This document shows positions 35,279 through 44,536 of a DNA stretch of 59,745 bases, in pieces; the stretch's first letter is position 1; every line of letters begins with the position of its first letter. A program made the translations under genes and the position numbers. The notes beneath the pieces are model-generated. The model saw nothing but the letters and a program-made list of their open reading frames with translations, ran no database searches and had not been told where the DNA came from. The DNA lies in contig JACQBN010000027.1 of the NCBI GenBank assembly GCA_016194455.1, positions 1-59,745 of the forward strand. The letters are read 5' to 3'. The DNA is from Candidatus Kaiserbacteria bacterium. GTDB taxonomy: Bacteria; Patescibacteriota; Minisyncoccia; Phycocordibacterales; Phycocordibacteraceae.

Positions 35279-36018
35279 TGAGAGAGTAAAGATTCAATCA
35301 ACTTTTTCGTGTCCGCAAGCGAGGTCACGGCCTCAACTTTCGCACTGGAGCCGAGCATCACTTCGTCATTGCCGCCCGGATAGAGCGCGTCGCCCACGTA
35401 GAGCAGATCGGTGAGCGTGAGGCCGAGGCGCTCCGCGAGTTTGGTTGCGCCGTAGAGCTTGTCGATGCCCTTGCGCGTGATGTCAATCGTGGTCATCCCG
35501 CCCATCTTGACCTCGGCCCAAGGGAGTTCGGGCTTAATAATTTCAACCATCGTGCGGCGCTTCTTCTGGTCTGGATCCCATTTTTGTTTTTCGGCAATCG
35601 GCGCCCGCTGCCCGACACCCGAAAACGCGACCTGGGTATCCTGCCGCCGCTCAACGCGCGCTCCATACGCAGGCGGCAAGTCCATTTTGAGTTCTGCAAT
35701 CGCTTTTTCTATCGCGCGCTCTGCCCCAGCCATCTGCACCTCGGTCAGCGTTTCCTGATACGCGCTCTGCCAATCCGAACCATTCCAAAAGTAAAGCGCC
35801 GCACCCGAAGTAGGGAGCAAATAGACATTCTGAAGTTCAGCATCAGCAGGCAAACGAGCGACAACCTGTTCCTTAAATTGAGTAAGCGACGCGCCCGAGG
35901 TTATCGCGATCGGGATCTGGTGTGAGAGTTTCGCAAGCAAAGCGCCCATAGAAGTCTCAAGCGCCGCTTTGCTTGCCGTAAGCGTGCCGTCCAAGTCAAA
36001 AATGATTGCGCGGGGCAT
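35275..36018 (-). CDS. HAD-IIB family hydrolase (phosphomannomutase/sugar-phosphatase-like)
   Basis: IIFDLDGTL, ITSGAS, YVGDALYPGGNDE. Confidence 0.85.
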   Translation of the reverse strand: MPRAIIFDLDGTLTASKAALETSMGALLAKLSHQIPIAITSGASLTQFKEQVVARLPADAELQNVYLLPTSGAALYFWNGSDWQSAYQETLTEVQMAGAERAIEKAIAELKMDLPPAYGARVERRQDTQVAFSGVGQRAPIAEKQKWDPDQKKRRTMVEIIKPELPWAEVKMGGMTTIDITRKGIDKLYGATKLAERLGLTLTDLLYVGDALYPGGNDEVMLGSSAKVEAVTSLADTKKLIESLLSH

Positions 36019-36030
36019 AGCAGAGATAAC

Positions 36031-37944
36031 TTAGGAAAGCGCCTTAAGGATGTGCGCAAGCGATGCGGTCGCAACGCCAAGCACTTTGTCCGCGCCGCCG
36101 TAGTAGAGGTAGAGCGTATCGTCTCGGACGATGGCGCCGCAGGAGAAGACGACGTTCTCTATCTCGCCCTGTTTCTCATAGGGCAGCTCCGGCTCGAATA
36201 TCGGATCGGCAGTACGCGCAAGCACCGCGAGGCCGGAGGGGTCGAGGAGTGCCGCGCCGAAGCGATAGCGGCCGCGGTGCGAGACGCCATGGTAGATCAG
36301 CAGGTAACGGCCATCGACTTTAATTGGCGGGGCAGCGATGCCCACCTTCGCGGCGTCCCACATACCTTCTCGAGGCGCCATAATTTCAATACAGCGTACG
36401 ACGGGCTTCTTGAAGGAGAGATCGGGCAGGAGGTCCGCGCAGATGCGCGAAGACACTCGATGATAGAGCAGGTATTGCCCGTTCACTTCATGGGGTAAGA
36501 GGCCGATGTCCTTATCGTCCACATTGTCGGGCGTGATGAGCGCGCTCTCAGTCCAGCGATGGAAGCGTTTCGCGAGGAAGTCTTCAGTGCTGATCGAGGT
36601 GATCGCGCCGCGCGGGGCGTGTGCGCCGTCGTAGGCGATATAGCTCATATAGAGCCGATCGCCGAAGACTACGAGCCGCGGATCCTCGCAGCCGGAGTTG
36701 CCCTCGGGATCGCCGCGCTTCTGCTCGAACTCTGCGCGCGGAGCGTAGCAAGGCTCGGCGAGACGTTCGTCAATCGTGATGCCATCCTCGGAGCGCGCAT
36801 AGCCGATACTGGAAGTATTGTGTGCATCCATCGCGCGATAGAGGAGGTGGACCGAGCCACCAAGATCGATCGCGCCGGCATTGAAGGTCGCACGGCTCTC
36901 AAAGCCCACGCCCTGCGGCGTGAGGATCGGATTCTTTGGCGAACGGACGAAGGTACGCGCGGGTCCCGTTGGATCAAGGGCCTGGAGGAGATCGGGGAGC
37001 GAAAGCGTCGCCTTAGCGCAGACGGTGTCCGCGGCGCCGTACCAGATCTCAAGCGTCTCCCGCACAATAGTTGCGCCGGAGGGGAAGACGATGCGCGGCA
37101 CGAGTCCGTATTCCTCATAGACCTCTTCGGGAACCATCAAGGGATAGGTGCGCGAGATGAGCTTCTGTGGATTGAACGTATCAAGAAGTGCCGCTTCGAC
37201 GCCAAAGATGCGCCTGTGTTCGTCGTAATAATTTTGTATGTAGGAATACATAAGAAGCCAGCCCGCCTCGGTCTTCAGGGGCGCTGCGCCGACCTCCACA
37301 TGATCATTATCGGCGCGCCGGAATTCCGGCAAGGCGTGGAGGGCAAGGTGGTCGTGCCACTCGCGCCAATAGTCCGGATTGAAAAAGTCGGAGACATTTT
37401 TCGCGCGGGCGAGCGCGATGGTCGGACGCGGATATTCGCTCGTCCAATCCGTGTGCACGGTTAGGAGCAGGGTCACCTGCCCGTCGATGCGCTCGGGGAA
37501 GAGCGCGGCAGTTTTCGCGTTGAAAGGCGTTACCAGATGCCGCTCGGTGAAGTCCTCCGGCGTGTCGCCAACGGCAACTGCGACCTTAATATTGTCGGGG
37601 CCGAAGGGGAATCCCCCGAGCGCGGTGTAGAAGCAGTACCACGTACCTTCAAAAAAGGTGACGCGCGGATCCTCGCAACCGAAGCGATCCCATTCTGCCT
37701 CCGGCGCGATGACCTGCCGGCGGGAATGGAAGTGGATGCCGTCGTCCGAGCGCGCGCTGCCTATAGAGGAGAGGCCGGCGTGTGGGGTCTGGAGCGCGTC
37801 GGGGTTGCCCATCGCGCGATAGTAGAGGCGCACGCCCTCGTCGCTCCGCAGTGCCGAGGGGTTGAACGTAGCGACCGCCTCCCAAGGATGCTCGCGCTCG
37901 GGCGAGATGAGCGGGTTCTCTTCTTCGCGTCGTAGAACGAACAT
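36031..37944 (-). CDS. Tandem GH130-family glycoside phosphorylase/hydrolase (two beta-propeller modules, 637 aa)
   Basis: Two repeats of the GH130 pattern (NPLISPE..HPWEAVATFNPSAL..LYYRAMG and NPILTPQ..FESRATFNAGAI..LLYRAMD), CEDPR repeated. Confidence 0.8.
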   Translation of the reverse strand: MFVLRREEENPLISPEREHPWEAVATFNPSALRSDEGVRLYYRAMGNPDALQTPHAGLSSIGSARSDDGIHFHSRRQVIAPEAEWDRFGCEDPRVTFFEGTWYCFYTALGGFPFGPDNIKVAVAVGDTPEDFTERHLVTPFNAKTAALFPERIDGQVTLLLTVHTDWTSEYPRPTIALARAKNVSDFFNPDYWREWHDHLALHALPEFRRADNDHVEVGAAPLKTEAGWLLMYSYIQNYYDEHRRIFGVEAALLDTFNPQKLISRTYPLMVPEEVYEEYGLVPRIVFPSGATIVRETLEIWYGAADTVCAKATLSLPDLLQALDPTGPARTFVRSPKNPILTPQGVGFESRATFNAGAIDLGGSVHLLYRAMDAHNTSSIGYARSEDGITIDERLAEPCYAPRAEFEQKRGDPEGNSGCEDPRLVVFGDRLYMSYIAYDGAHAPRGAITSISTEDFLAKRFHRWTESALITPDNVDDKDIGLLPHEVNGQYLLYHRVSSRICADLLPDLSFKKPVVRCIEIMAPREGMWDAAKVGIAAPPIKVDGRYLLIYHGVSHRGRYRFGAALLDPSGLAVLARTADPIFEPELPYEKQGEIENVVFSCGAIVRDDTLYLYYGGADKVLGVATASLAHILKALS

Positions 37945-37950
37945 ATACCG

Positions 37951-39048
37951 TTAGAATAACAGAATAAGCACGCTCACCACGGCACCGACCAGGAAAAGAT
38001 TCGTTACACTTGCGATAACAAGTGCTGTTGAGTAGATCACGATCCGGGCCAACGTAACCGGGAACTCCCGATAGAGAATAAATTCTGCAACGTTCGTTTG
38101 TTTAGCGGAGGTATAAACAAAAGAGGCGAAAGGAACTTCGATGAGACATGCCAAAAATCCCGCGGCGAGTGTTGAGGCATAGAGTAACAGCGGTGCTGTT
38201 GGCAAAGCGTATCGCAGCAGCCAAATCAGTGCCATTAAGACGGCCCCGATACGCATAAATATTTTTGGATTAATTTTGTCCGTATATTTCCCGATGGCTA
38301 GAGTGAAGAGAATTGAGCCGATGGCCGCGAGCGTCCCGATGAAGCCGACCGAAAGCGCATTGCGAAACACCAAGAAGATGAAGAGGGGCCATACAACTGC
38401 CTCCAGTTCCTGCCGAATATTCTCTGCGAATTCAATAAAGGTATATCGTCTAAACCGTTCAAAAATGGAAAGAAAAGTTTTGAAGTTGAAGGATGCGCTG
38501 ACAGAAAGTTCCGGAATAAAAAACAACGGAATCAGCGCCACAAGAAGAAACATTCCACCGAGCACAAAGAGGGCAGGGAATCCGTAGCGCACCGCGACGA
38601 GCCCGCCTAAAATCGGCGCCAAAAGCCCGAGTGTTTGCGGAAAGCCGAAAAGCTTACCTACACTGTCGCCAATTTTCCCTTCTTTGGCATTGCTCGCAAA
38701 AAACAAGTGAAGGGCGAACCAGTATAGTCCGATCCCCGCACCCTGCAGAATCGCAAGTAAGGGGAGTGAAATGCTAACGTAGTGGAGCGCATAGAGGAGC
38801 CAGATATATGTCAAAGTAAAGGGGAAACTCGCGATGACCATTATGCGCACGCCCGTTTTACGCGCGAGCATCGCCGCACCCAAAAAGAAAACGAAAGTGC
38901 TAATGCCACTGACGAGATAGAACGAAAAAACTGTTGTGGGCGAGTGCCCAAGGCTGATGAGGTACGCTGGAATGAAAATGCCCACGAGCGACCCGGTAAG
39001 GCCGGTAAGCGAATGCATGATATATACCGACCGAAGATTCTTTCCCAT
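37951..39048 (-). CDS. MFS-type transporter
   Basis: 10-12 TM helices; located inside the GH130 operon. Confidence 0.7.
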   Translation of the reverse strand: MGKNLRSVYIMHSLTGLTGSLVGIFIPAYLISLGHSPTTVFSFYLVSGISTFVFFLGAAMLARKTGVRIMVIASFPFTLTYIWLLYALHYVSISLPLLAILQGAGIGLYWFALHLFFASNAKEGKIGDSVGKLFGFPQTLGLLAPILGGLVAVRYGFPALFVLGGMFLLVALIPLFFIPELSVSASFNFKTFLSIFERFRRYTFIEFAENIRQELEAVVWPLFIFLVFRNALSVGFIGTLAAIGSILFTLAIGKYTDKINPKIFMRIGAVLMALIWLLRYALPTAPLLLYASTLAAGFLACLIEVPFASFVYTSAKQTNVAEFILYREFPVTLARIVIYSTALVIASVTNLFLVGAVVSVLILLF

Positions 39049-39051
39049 GAG

Positions 39052-40224
39052 TTAAGCGGTTTGCGTGGGCTCTGCGGTGAGCGTCGCGGGTTCGCCGCGC
39101 ATAAGCGCCTTGAGGAAGGGCATAAGCGGCGTGAAGGCGACGCAGACCACGCGGTCGCCGCCGCCATAGTAGACGTAGAGCATGTCATCACGGATCACGG
39201 CGCCGCAGGCGTAGACCACTAAGCGGCCGTGGTTCTCGTCGTGTTCGTCTGGTGAGAGGACCGGTTCGGGGGCGCGGTGGAGGATGCGCGTCGGGTCCGC
39301 AAGATCGAGGAGGAGCGCGCCGAGCTCGTAGCGGCCATGCGCTTCGCCGTACGCGTGGTAGAAGACAAGCCAGCCCGCCTCGGTCTTGAGGGGCGGGGGG
39401 CCGGCGCTCTTCATCTTCGTATGCCAGGCGATCGACTGCCACGGCATCGCGTTCGGATCGACACTCTTGCCACGCAGCGTCTCCGGATCGAATGACTCAA
39501 GATCGTCGGTGTATGCAACACGCACATGATCCGTATCCTCGCCATAGACGCCGTGAAGGATTGCAAATCGGCCGCCTATTTTCTCCGGGAAGATCACCCA
39601 GTTCTTATGGACCTCGCCCGCCGGCGAAAGAAGTTTGGGCGCGCTCCACCTCCAGCGCTTGGCGAGGAAATCTTCTTGCGAAAGAGAAATCATCGCGACG
39701 CGGATGAAATCCCATCCGTCGAAGGAGTTAAAGGTGAGGTAGACGCGACCGTTAATCGCGACCATGCGCGGGTCCTCGCAGCCGCCCCAGCTGCCGCCCG
39801 AGGGATAGAGGATCGGATTGTAGCGACGTTCGCCGTGGCGCGGCAGGTTCCGCGGATTGGTGGAGGCGTAGATCGCATAAGGAAGTTGGTCATCAAAGAT
39901 GAGGCCGTTGCCGCTTGAGGCGTAGCCGAGGCGCGAGACGCCGTCCATACCGATCGCACGGTACACAAGATGGGTTCGCCCGCCAAGCGCCACCGCGGCG
40001 GGGTTCAAGACAGATTGCGCGTTCCACGGGTGAGAGCCCGGCGAGAGGACGGGATTGCAGGAGATGCGCACGAGCATCGCGTCTCTTCTTGCCCACGCGC
40101 CGATCCCAATGGCCGCTGCGAGTTTCTTCCGGAACGGCTTGGAGAATACCGCGCCGAGTACGCAGCCAACGACGAAGATGGAGAGGAAGAATGCGAGCAG
40201 ATTGATGACGAGGAGCGTGCTCAT
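39052..40224 (-). CDS. GH130-family glycoside phosphorylase/hydrolase with N-terminal TM anchor
   Basis: NPVLSPGSHPWNAQSVLNPAAV..HLVYRAIG, CEDPRMV; N-terminal LLVINLLAFFLSIFVVGCVLGAVF. Confidence 0.8.
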   Translation of the reverse strand: MSTLLVINLLAFFLSIFVVGCVLGAVFSKPFRKKLAAAIGIGAWARRDAMLVRISCNPVLSPGSHPWNAQSVLNPAAVALGGRTHLVYRAIGMDGVSRLGYASSGNGLIFDDQLPYAIYASTNPRNLPRHGERRYNPILYPSGGSWGGCEDPRMVAINGRVYLTFNSFDGWDFIRVAMISLSQEDFLAKRWRWSAPKLLSPAGEVHKNWVIFPEKIGGRFAILHGVYGEDTDHVRVAYTDDLESFDPETLRGKSVDPNAMPWQSIAWHTKMKSAGPPPLKTEAGWLVFYHAYGEAHGRYELGALLLDLADPTRILHRAPEPVLSPDEHDENHGRLVVYACGAVIRDDMLYVYYGGGDRVVCVAFTPLMPFLKALMRGEPATLTAEPTQTA

Positions 40225-40610
40225 ATCTGCCCAATCGCGGCAGCCCCGGCCTCGGGGCTGCCGCGGCCATAGTCGTCTGCAAGCCGCACCTCGTCGTTCT
40301 CGTCGAAGTGCCCGAACGCAATTTCTAAAATCGTGATGCCGCTCTTGCCCGCAGCGAGCCGGTGCGGTGTCGTAGCTCCAATCTCGAATTCATCTCCCGC
40401 GGTCGCCGGATACGCCTCCGTGCCGATAGTGACTACGCCCGTGCCCTCGAGGACGCGCCAGAACTCGCTTCGCGCTTCGTGCTTCTGCAGCGAGAGCTCC
40501 TTGCCAGCAAGCACGCGGATGATCTTCACGGTTGAAGACTCGTTGGCGGTGAAGCGCTCGAAAGAGCCCCACGGCCGCTCCTCTTTTGTCCGCTGTTGAA
40601 GGAACGTCAT
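40221..40610 (-). CDS. Cupin-domain protein (mannose-6-phosphate isomerase type II C-terminal-domain-like)
   Basis: ERPWGSFERF...KIIRVLAGKELSLQKHEARSEFWRVLEGTGVV. Confidence 0.8.
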   Translation of the reverse strand: MTFLQQRTKEERPWGSFERFTANESSTVKIIRVLAGKELSLQKHEARSEFWRVLEGTGVVTIGTEAYPATAGDEFEIGATTPHRLAAGKSGITILEIAFGHFDENDEVRLADDYGRGSPEAGAAAIGQI

Positions 40611-40684
40611 AACGCAAGAATATCATTTCTTTGCACGATTCCCGCCCGGCTGTCCACATAATCAAGCTGTGGTATACTCGCGCC

Positions 40685-41059
40685 ATGTTCGTGAATGTCT
40701 GCATCGCGAAGCTCCACCGCGCGACCGTCACCGATGCCGACCTCGGCTACGCCGGCTCGATCACCATCGACGAGGCGCTCGTCAAAGCGGCAGGGCTCCT
40801 GCCCGGCCAGATGGTCACGATCAACAATGTTTCAAATGCCGTTTCTTGGCGCACCTATATCGTCGCGGGGAAGAAGGGACGAGGCGATATCGTCCTCAAC
40901 GGCCCGCCGGCGCGGCTCTTCCAGAAGGGCGACAAGGTCATCATCCTCGGCGAGGCCTGGGTGGAGGCCTCCGAGGCTGCCAAGATGAGCCCGACCGTCC
41001 TTTTCCTCAGCGACAAAAACAAAATCACAAAAATAAAGAGAGGCTGGCGCCCGAAGTAG
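40685..41059 (+). CDS. panD: Aspartate 1-decarboxylase
   Basis: KLHRATVTDADLGYAGSITID (self-cleavage G-S), TYIVAGKKGRGDIVLNGPPARL. TGGTATACT -10 lies 6 nt before the ATG. Confidence 0.88.
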   Translation: MFVNVCIAKLHRATVTDADLGYAGSITIDEALVKAAGLLPGQMVTINNVSNAVSWRTYIVAGKKGRGDIVLNGPPARLFQKGDKVIILGEAWVEASEAAKMSPTVLFLSDKNKITKIKRGWRPK

Positions 41060-41134
41060 TCAAAGTTGCAAAATCAGTTTGGAAGCGTAGAGTGCGCGCA
41101 GGAGCCCTTTGTTGGGTATAGAGAAAGGTACCAG

Positions 41135-42100
41135 ATGAATCACTCGCTGCCGATCCGGAAGATAGACATCAGCTTTCTCCCCGGCCCCTACAGCAACTTC
41201 TTCACAACGCGGCGCGTCCATCTCTACGCGATTATGGGCTTTGACGACCGCCCCGATCCGGATCTCAACGATCCGTCTGGCAATATCAAGCGCATCGCCG
41301 CCGAGGGCATCGTCAAGGGCAGGAGATCCCGCGAAGGATTCACCGGCATCACCCATGCGGTGGACAGCACCTCGGGGAACTTCGGCCCTGCGCTCGCCGC
41401 CGAGCTCGCGCGAAACCCCGACACGGCCCATATCAAAACGATCTGCGTCGTGTCAAAGACGTTGCCGCAGGGCAAGCTCGCGCGGCTGACGGCCTGTGGC
41501 GCCGAGATCGTGCCCGCCGAGAACCAGCTCGCGGCGATGGACGTCGCGGAATCTTATCAATTTCGCCCGGGGTATTGGTACACCAGCCAGTACGACAACC
41601 CGGACAATCCCGCGGCATTCCTGCCCTATGGTGAGAATCTTGCGGCAGAGCTGCCGAACCTCGGCGTCTTCTCCGCCGGCATCGGCACGGGCGGGACCTT
41701 CATCGGTTTCGTCGAAGGATTCCGCTCTCGGCGCGATACGCCGGCGTGGCAGCTCCATGCGATCGCGGCAACCGTCGCCAAAGGCCATTCCATCTCCGGC
41801 ATCCGGACGCTCGAAGCCCTTCAGCGGGTCAAGAATCCCTGGCAGGCATCGGCGAATCGTATCGAGAGGGTGGATCTGCCGACCGCGCTTGAAGCGAGCC
41901 GCGCGCTCCAAGCCGCCGGTATCCCCGGCGGCCCGAGCTCAGGCGCCGCCCTCGCGGCCCTCTATCAAGGGCTCCGATCACGCTCCACTGCGGAGCTCAA
42001 GGTGATGCAGAACGGGAACGACAACATCGTCGCGGCATTCATCTGCGCTGACCGCTGGGAAGTCTATCGGGATCTTTATCTCTACGAACCGCAGAAATAA
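41135..42100 (+). CDS. PLP-dependent enzyme, tryptophan-synthase-beta fold (cysteine synthase/SbnA-like)
   Basis: NDPSGNIKRIAAEG (PLP-Lys region), DSTSGNFGPALA, SAGIGTGGTFIG. SD GAGAAAGG upstream of ATG 41135. Confidence 0.7.
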   Translation: MNHSLPIRKIDISFLPGPYSNFFTTRRVHLYAIMGFDDRPDPDLNDPSGNIKRIAAEGIVKGRRSREGFTGITHAVDSTSGNFGPALAAELARNPDTAHIKTICVVSKTLPQGKLARLTACGAEIVPAENQLAAMDVAESYQFRPGYWYTSQYDNPDNPAAFLPYGENLAAELPNLGVFSAGIGTGGTFIGFVEGFRSRRDTPAWQLHAIAATVAKGHSISGIRTLEALQRVKNPWQASANRIERVDLPTALEASRALQAAGIPGGPSSGAALAALYQGLRSRSTAELKVMQNGNDNIVAAFICADRWEVYRDLYLYEPQK

Positions 42101-42102
42101 GT

Positions 42103-42137
42103 GCCCGGCCGCGCAGGCGCGGCCGGGTTTTCTTTTT
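42103..42137 (+). terminator. Intrinsic terminator
   Basis: CCCGGCCGCGC-aggc-GCGGCCGGG followed by ttttcttttt. Confidence 0.7.
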
Positions 42138-42179
42138 GCCCGCCCGGCACGATGCGGCACTGCGTGCTACGCTGCTCCT

Positions 42180-42674
42180 ATGCAAACCTCTGCTCTGTAT
42201 CTGCGCACCATCATCTTCGGCATCACCGACAGTCTCGTCTCCACCGTCGGGCTCCTCGCGGGCATCGATGTCGCCGGCGCGCCGCATGCGACGCTCGCCT
42301 TGACGGGCATCGTCTATGCTTTCGTGGAGGCGTTCTCCATGGCGGTCGGGAATTTCCTCTCCGAGGAGTCAGCCGAGGAGTACACGGCCAAGGGCGCAGT
42401 GAACCCGCGCTCCGCGCTCGCGGGCGGAATGGCGATGTTCGTCGTCTTCGTGCTCGCGGCCTTCATCCCCATTCTGCCGTATCTTCTCTTCTCCACCTGG
42501 GTTGCGCTTGCGGGTTCGATCGGGTTTTCTATCTTCGCGCTCTTCGTCGTCGGACTCGTGAGCGGACGGCTCGCCGAGCTCCCGATGCTCGCGCGCGGCG
42601 TGCGGATGGTGGTGCTTGGCGGCGCGGCGGTGATTATTGGCGCGATTGTTGGCTCTATTATCCCCGCCATCTAG
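42180..42674 (+). CDS. VIT1/CCC1-family (Fe/Mn) transporter, short form
   Basis: IIFGITDSLVSTVGLLAG..., FVEAFSMAVGNFLSEES; 4-5 TM helices. Confidence 0.7.
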   Translation: MQTSALYLRTIIFGITDSLVSTVGLLAGIDVAGAPHATLALTGIVYAFVEAFSMAVGNFLSEESAEEYTAKGAVNPRSALAGGMAMFVVFVLAAFIPILPYLLFSTWVALAGSIGFSIFALFVVGLVSGRLAELPMLARGVRMVVLGGAAVIIGAIVGSIIPAI

Positions 42675-42777
42675 GCCGCCGCGTTTTCAACAGGGGGGTC
42701 TCCCGATCGGTCCAAAAGGGGTCATACTGGGGGTACGGCTGGTCGAGCCGTCTCGCAGCCAAACAGCTCGTACCCTC

Positions 42778-43011
42778 ATGAAATCAAAATCACTGCACAT
42801 GCTGACGTTCATCCTGCTCGTCATTGGCGGCCTCAATTGGGGTCTCATTGGCATCGGCGGATTCGCCGGCAGCGACTGGAACGTGCTCCACGCGATCTTC
42901 GGCTCCTGGCCGACGCTCGAGTGGATCATCTACGTTCTCGTCGGCCTCTCGGCGCTCCTTTTTGCGACTACGCACAGCAAGGACTGCCGCATCTGCACGG
43001 GAATGATGTAA
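42778..43011 (+). CDS. DUF378-family small membrane protein
   Basis: TFILLVIGGLNWGLIGIGGF...EWIIYVLVGLSAL. Confidence 0.8.
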   Translation: MKSKSLHMLTFILLVIGGLNWGLIGIGGFAGSDWNVLHAIFGSWPTLEWIIYVLVGLSALLFATTHSKDCRICTGMM

Positions 43012-43027
43012 TCTGCACTCGGCTCTC

Positions 43028-43058
43028 AACCCGCCCGCGCCTCTGGCGCGGGCGGGTT
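43028..43058. terminator. Hairpin between convergent genes
   Basis: AACCCGCCCGCGCC-tct-GGCGCGGGCGGGTT. Confidence 0.6.
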
Positions 43059-43061
43059 GTT

Positions 43062-43829
43062 CTATGCCAAGAGGAACGCGAAGAACGCGAGCGAGAGTGC
43101 GATACGATAGATGCCAAACGCGACGAAGGAGTGTCCGCGCACGTAGCGTAAGAGCCAGCGGATAGAGGCGAGAGCGACCGCGAAGGAGGTCACGAGGCCG
43201 GCTGCGAGCATCAACCACTCGCTCCCAGAAAAAATAGTTTGGGCTTTCACGAGCGAAAGGCCGGTCGCAGCCACCATGGTCGGGACTGCAAGCAGAAAGG
43301 AGAACTCCACAATTGCGGCGCGCGAAAGCCCGAGCAACATGCCGCCCACAATGGTCGCGGCGCTCCGCGAGACTCCCGGGATAATCGCCACCGCCTGCGC
43401 GAGGCCGATGAGCGCCGCATCGCGGTATGAGAGGGTTGTTAGATCGCGTGCGCCCACGCGCTCGCCACGCCACCTTTCAAACGCGATAAGCACGACACCG
43501 CCGACAAGAAGAGCAACAAGGACGACCCATTCGTTGCCGACGAGGTACGTCTTGACTACCTGATACAGTGCGAGGCCGATAATCCCGGTGGGGATAAAGG
43601 CCGCGGCGATTTTCTTCACAAGCAGCCAGTTGAGGAAGGAACGCCAGTAAATAACCACGACCGCGAGGATAGCGCCGAGCTGAATCGCTATCTCAAACGT
43701 CTTCACGAAGTCGCTCTGGAGGATGCCAAGGAGCGAAGAGGCGAGGATCAAGTGCCCGGTGGAGGAGACGGGCAGGAACTCGGCCGCGCCTTCCACAATC
43801 CCGAGGATAATGCTCTCCAGAAACGTCAT
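43062..43829 (-). CDS. uppP: Undecaprenyl-diphosphate phosphatase
   Basis: IILGIVEGAAEFLPVSSTGHLIL, PGVSRSAATI. Confidence 0.92.
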   Translation of the reverse strand: MTFLESIILGIVEGAAEFLPVSSTGHLILASSLLGILQSDFVKTFEIAIQLGAILAVVVIYWRSFLNWLLVKKIAAAFIPTGIIGLALYQVVKTYLVGNEWVVLVALLVGGVVLIAFERWRGERVGARDLTTLSYRDAALIGLAQAVAIIPGVSRSAATIVGGMLLGLSRAAIVEFSFLLAVPTMVAATGLSLVKAQTIFSGSEWLMLAAGLVTSFAVALASIRWLLRYVRGHSFVAFGIYRIALSLAFFAFLLA

Positions 43830-43860
43830 TCGTTGATGCTAGCACGGCGGAGCAGGCAAC

Positions 43861-43889
43861 TTGACAGGGAATAGTCAATATGCTAGTAT
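43861..43889 (+). promoter_or_regulatory. Sigma70-type promoter (extended -10)
   Basis: TTGACA (43861-43866), 17-nt spacer, TGCTAGTAT (-10 at 43884-43889). Confidence 0.6.
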
Positions 43890-43932
43890 CAAAAACGCGA
43901 GGCGGTTGCTTGTTGCTTCGCTTATCCAATAC

Positions 43933-44487
43933 ATGCCAATCCTCGGAGCCCTTATGGGGCTTTTCTTTTTGTCTGGTATGCCGGGCACCGCCTTGTCGGC
44001 GGAGGCTCCGGCACTGCCGGCCTACATCCTGACTCTGACGGGATATAACGCCGTGCCCGCACAGACGGACACCGACCCCTCCATGACCGCAAGCGGTTCC
44101 GCTGCCAATCCGGAGGTGGTCGCTGCGCGCTCGCACGACTTGGCGGGCGAGCTGCCCTTCGGCACGATCGTAGAGATTGTCGGCCCCGCGGTCGCAGGGG
44201 AGGGCTGCGGCTGGAGCGCGACGGCGAAACACATCGGGTATCGCGTCATCGCCGATACGATGAATACGCGCTACCACAACTCTCTCGATATCCTTTTTAG
44301 TACAAACAACCAGTTCCTCATGAGCGACGGGCGCACGAAGAACGCAAGCGTCGTACTCGGAACCTGCGCAAACACCCTTGTCCGTGTCGTTGGTTTCATC
44401 GACATCTCTCGCCCGAGCGCGCTGCCGAAGACCCAAACAGAACTCGCGGCGCTCGTAGAGAAGCTCGACTTCACGTTCACCAAGTAG
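43933..44487 (+). CDS. 3D-domain (MltA/RlpA-like DPBB) cell-wall protein, secreted
   Basis: LTGYNAVPAQTDTDPSMTASG...LPFGTIVEI. Start moved to ATG 43933 because TTG 43861 is the -35 box. Confidence 0.75.
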   Translation: MPILGALMGLFFLSGMPGTALSAEAPALPAYILTLTGYNAVPAQTDTDPSMTASGSAANPEVVAARSHDLAGELPFGTIVEIVGPAVAGEGCGWSATAKHIGYRVIADTMNTRYHNSLDILFSTNNQFLMSDGRTKNASVVLGTCANTLVRVVGFIDISRPSALPKTQTELAALVEKLDFTFTK

Positions 44488-44497
44488 TCAGTTGAAT

Positions 44498-44536
44498 AAA
44501 GAAAACGCCCGGCGCATACGCGCCGGGCGGCATTTT
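44498..44536. terminator. Bidirectional intrinsic terminator
   Basis: aaaaCGCCCGGCGC-atac-GCGCCGGGCGgcatttt. Confidence 0.7.

Noticed and set aside
42675-42777. Riboswitch-like helix GGGTACG...CGTACCC directly abutting the DUF378 start codon.
   Set aside because: It is a single plausible stem without any recognisable conserved loop motif. I considered guanidine-II, preQ1 and fluoride from memory. There is not enough evidence to call it, although it is worth including in an Rfam scan.
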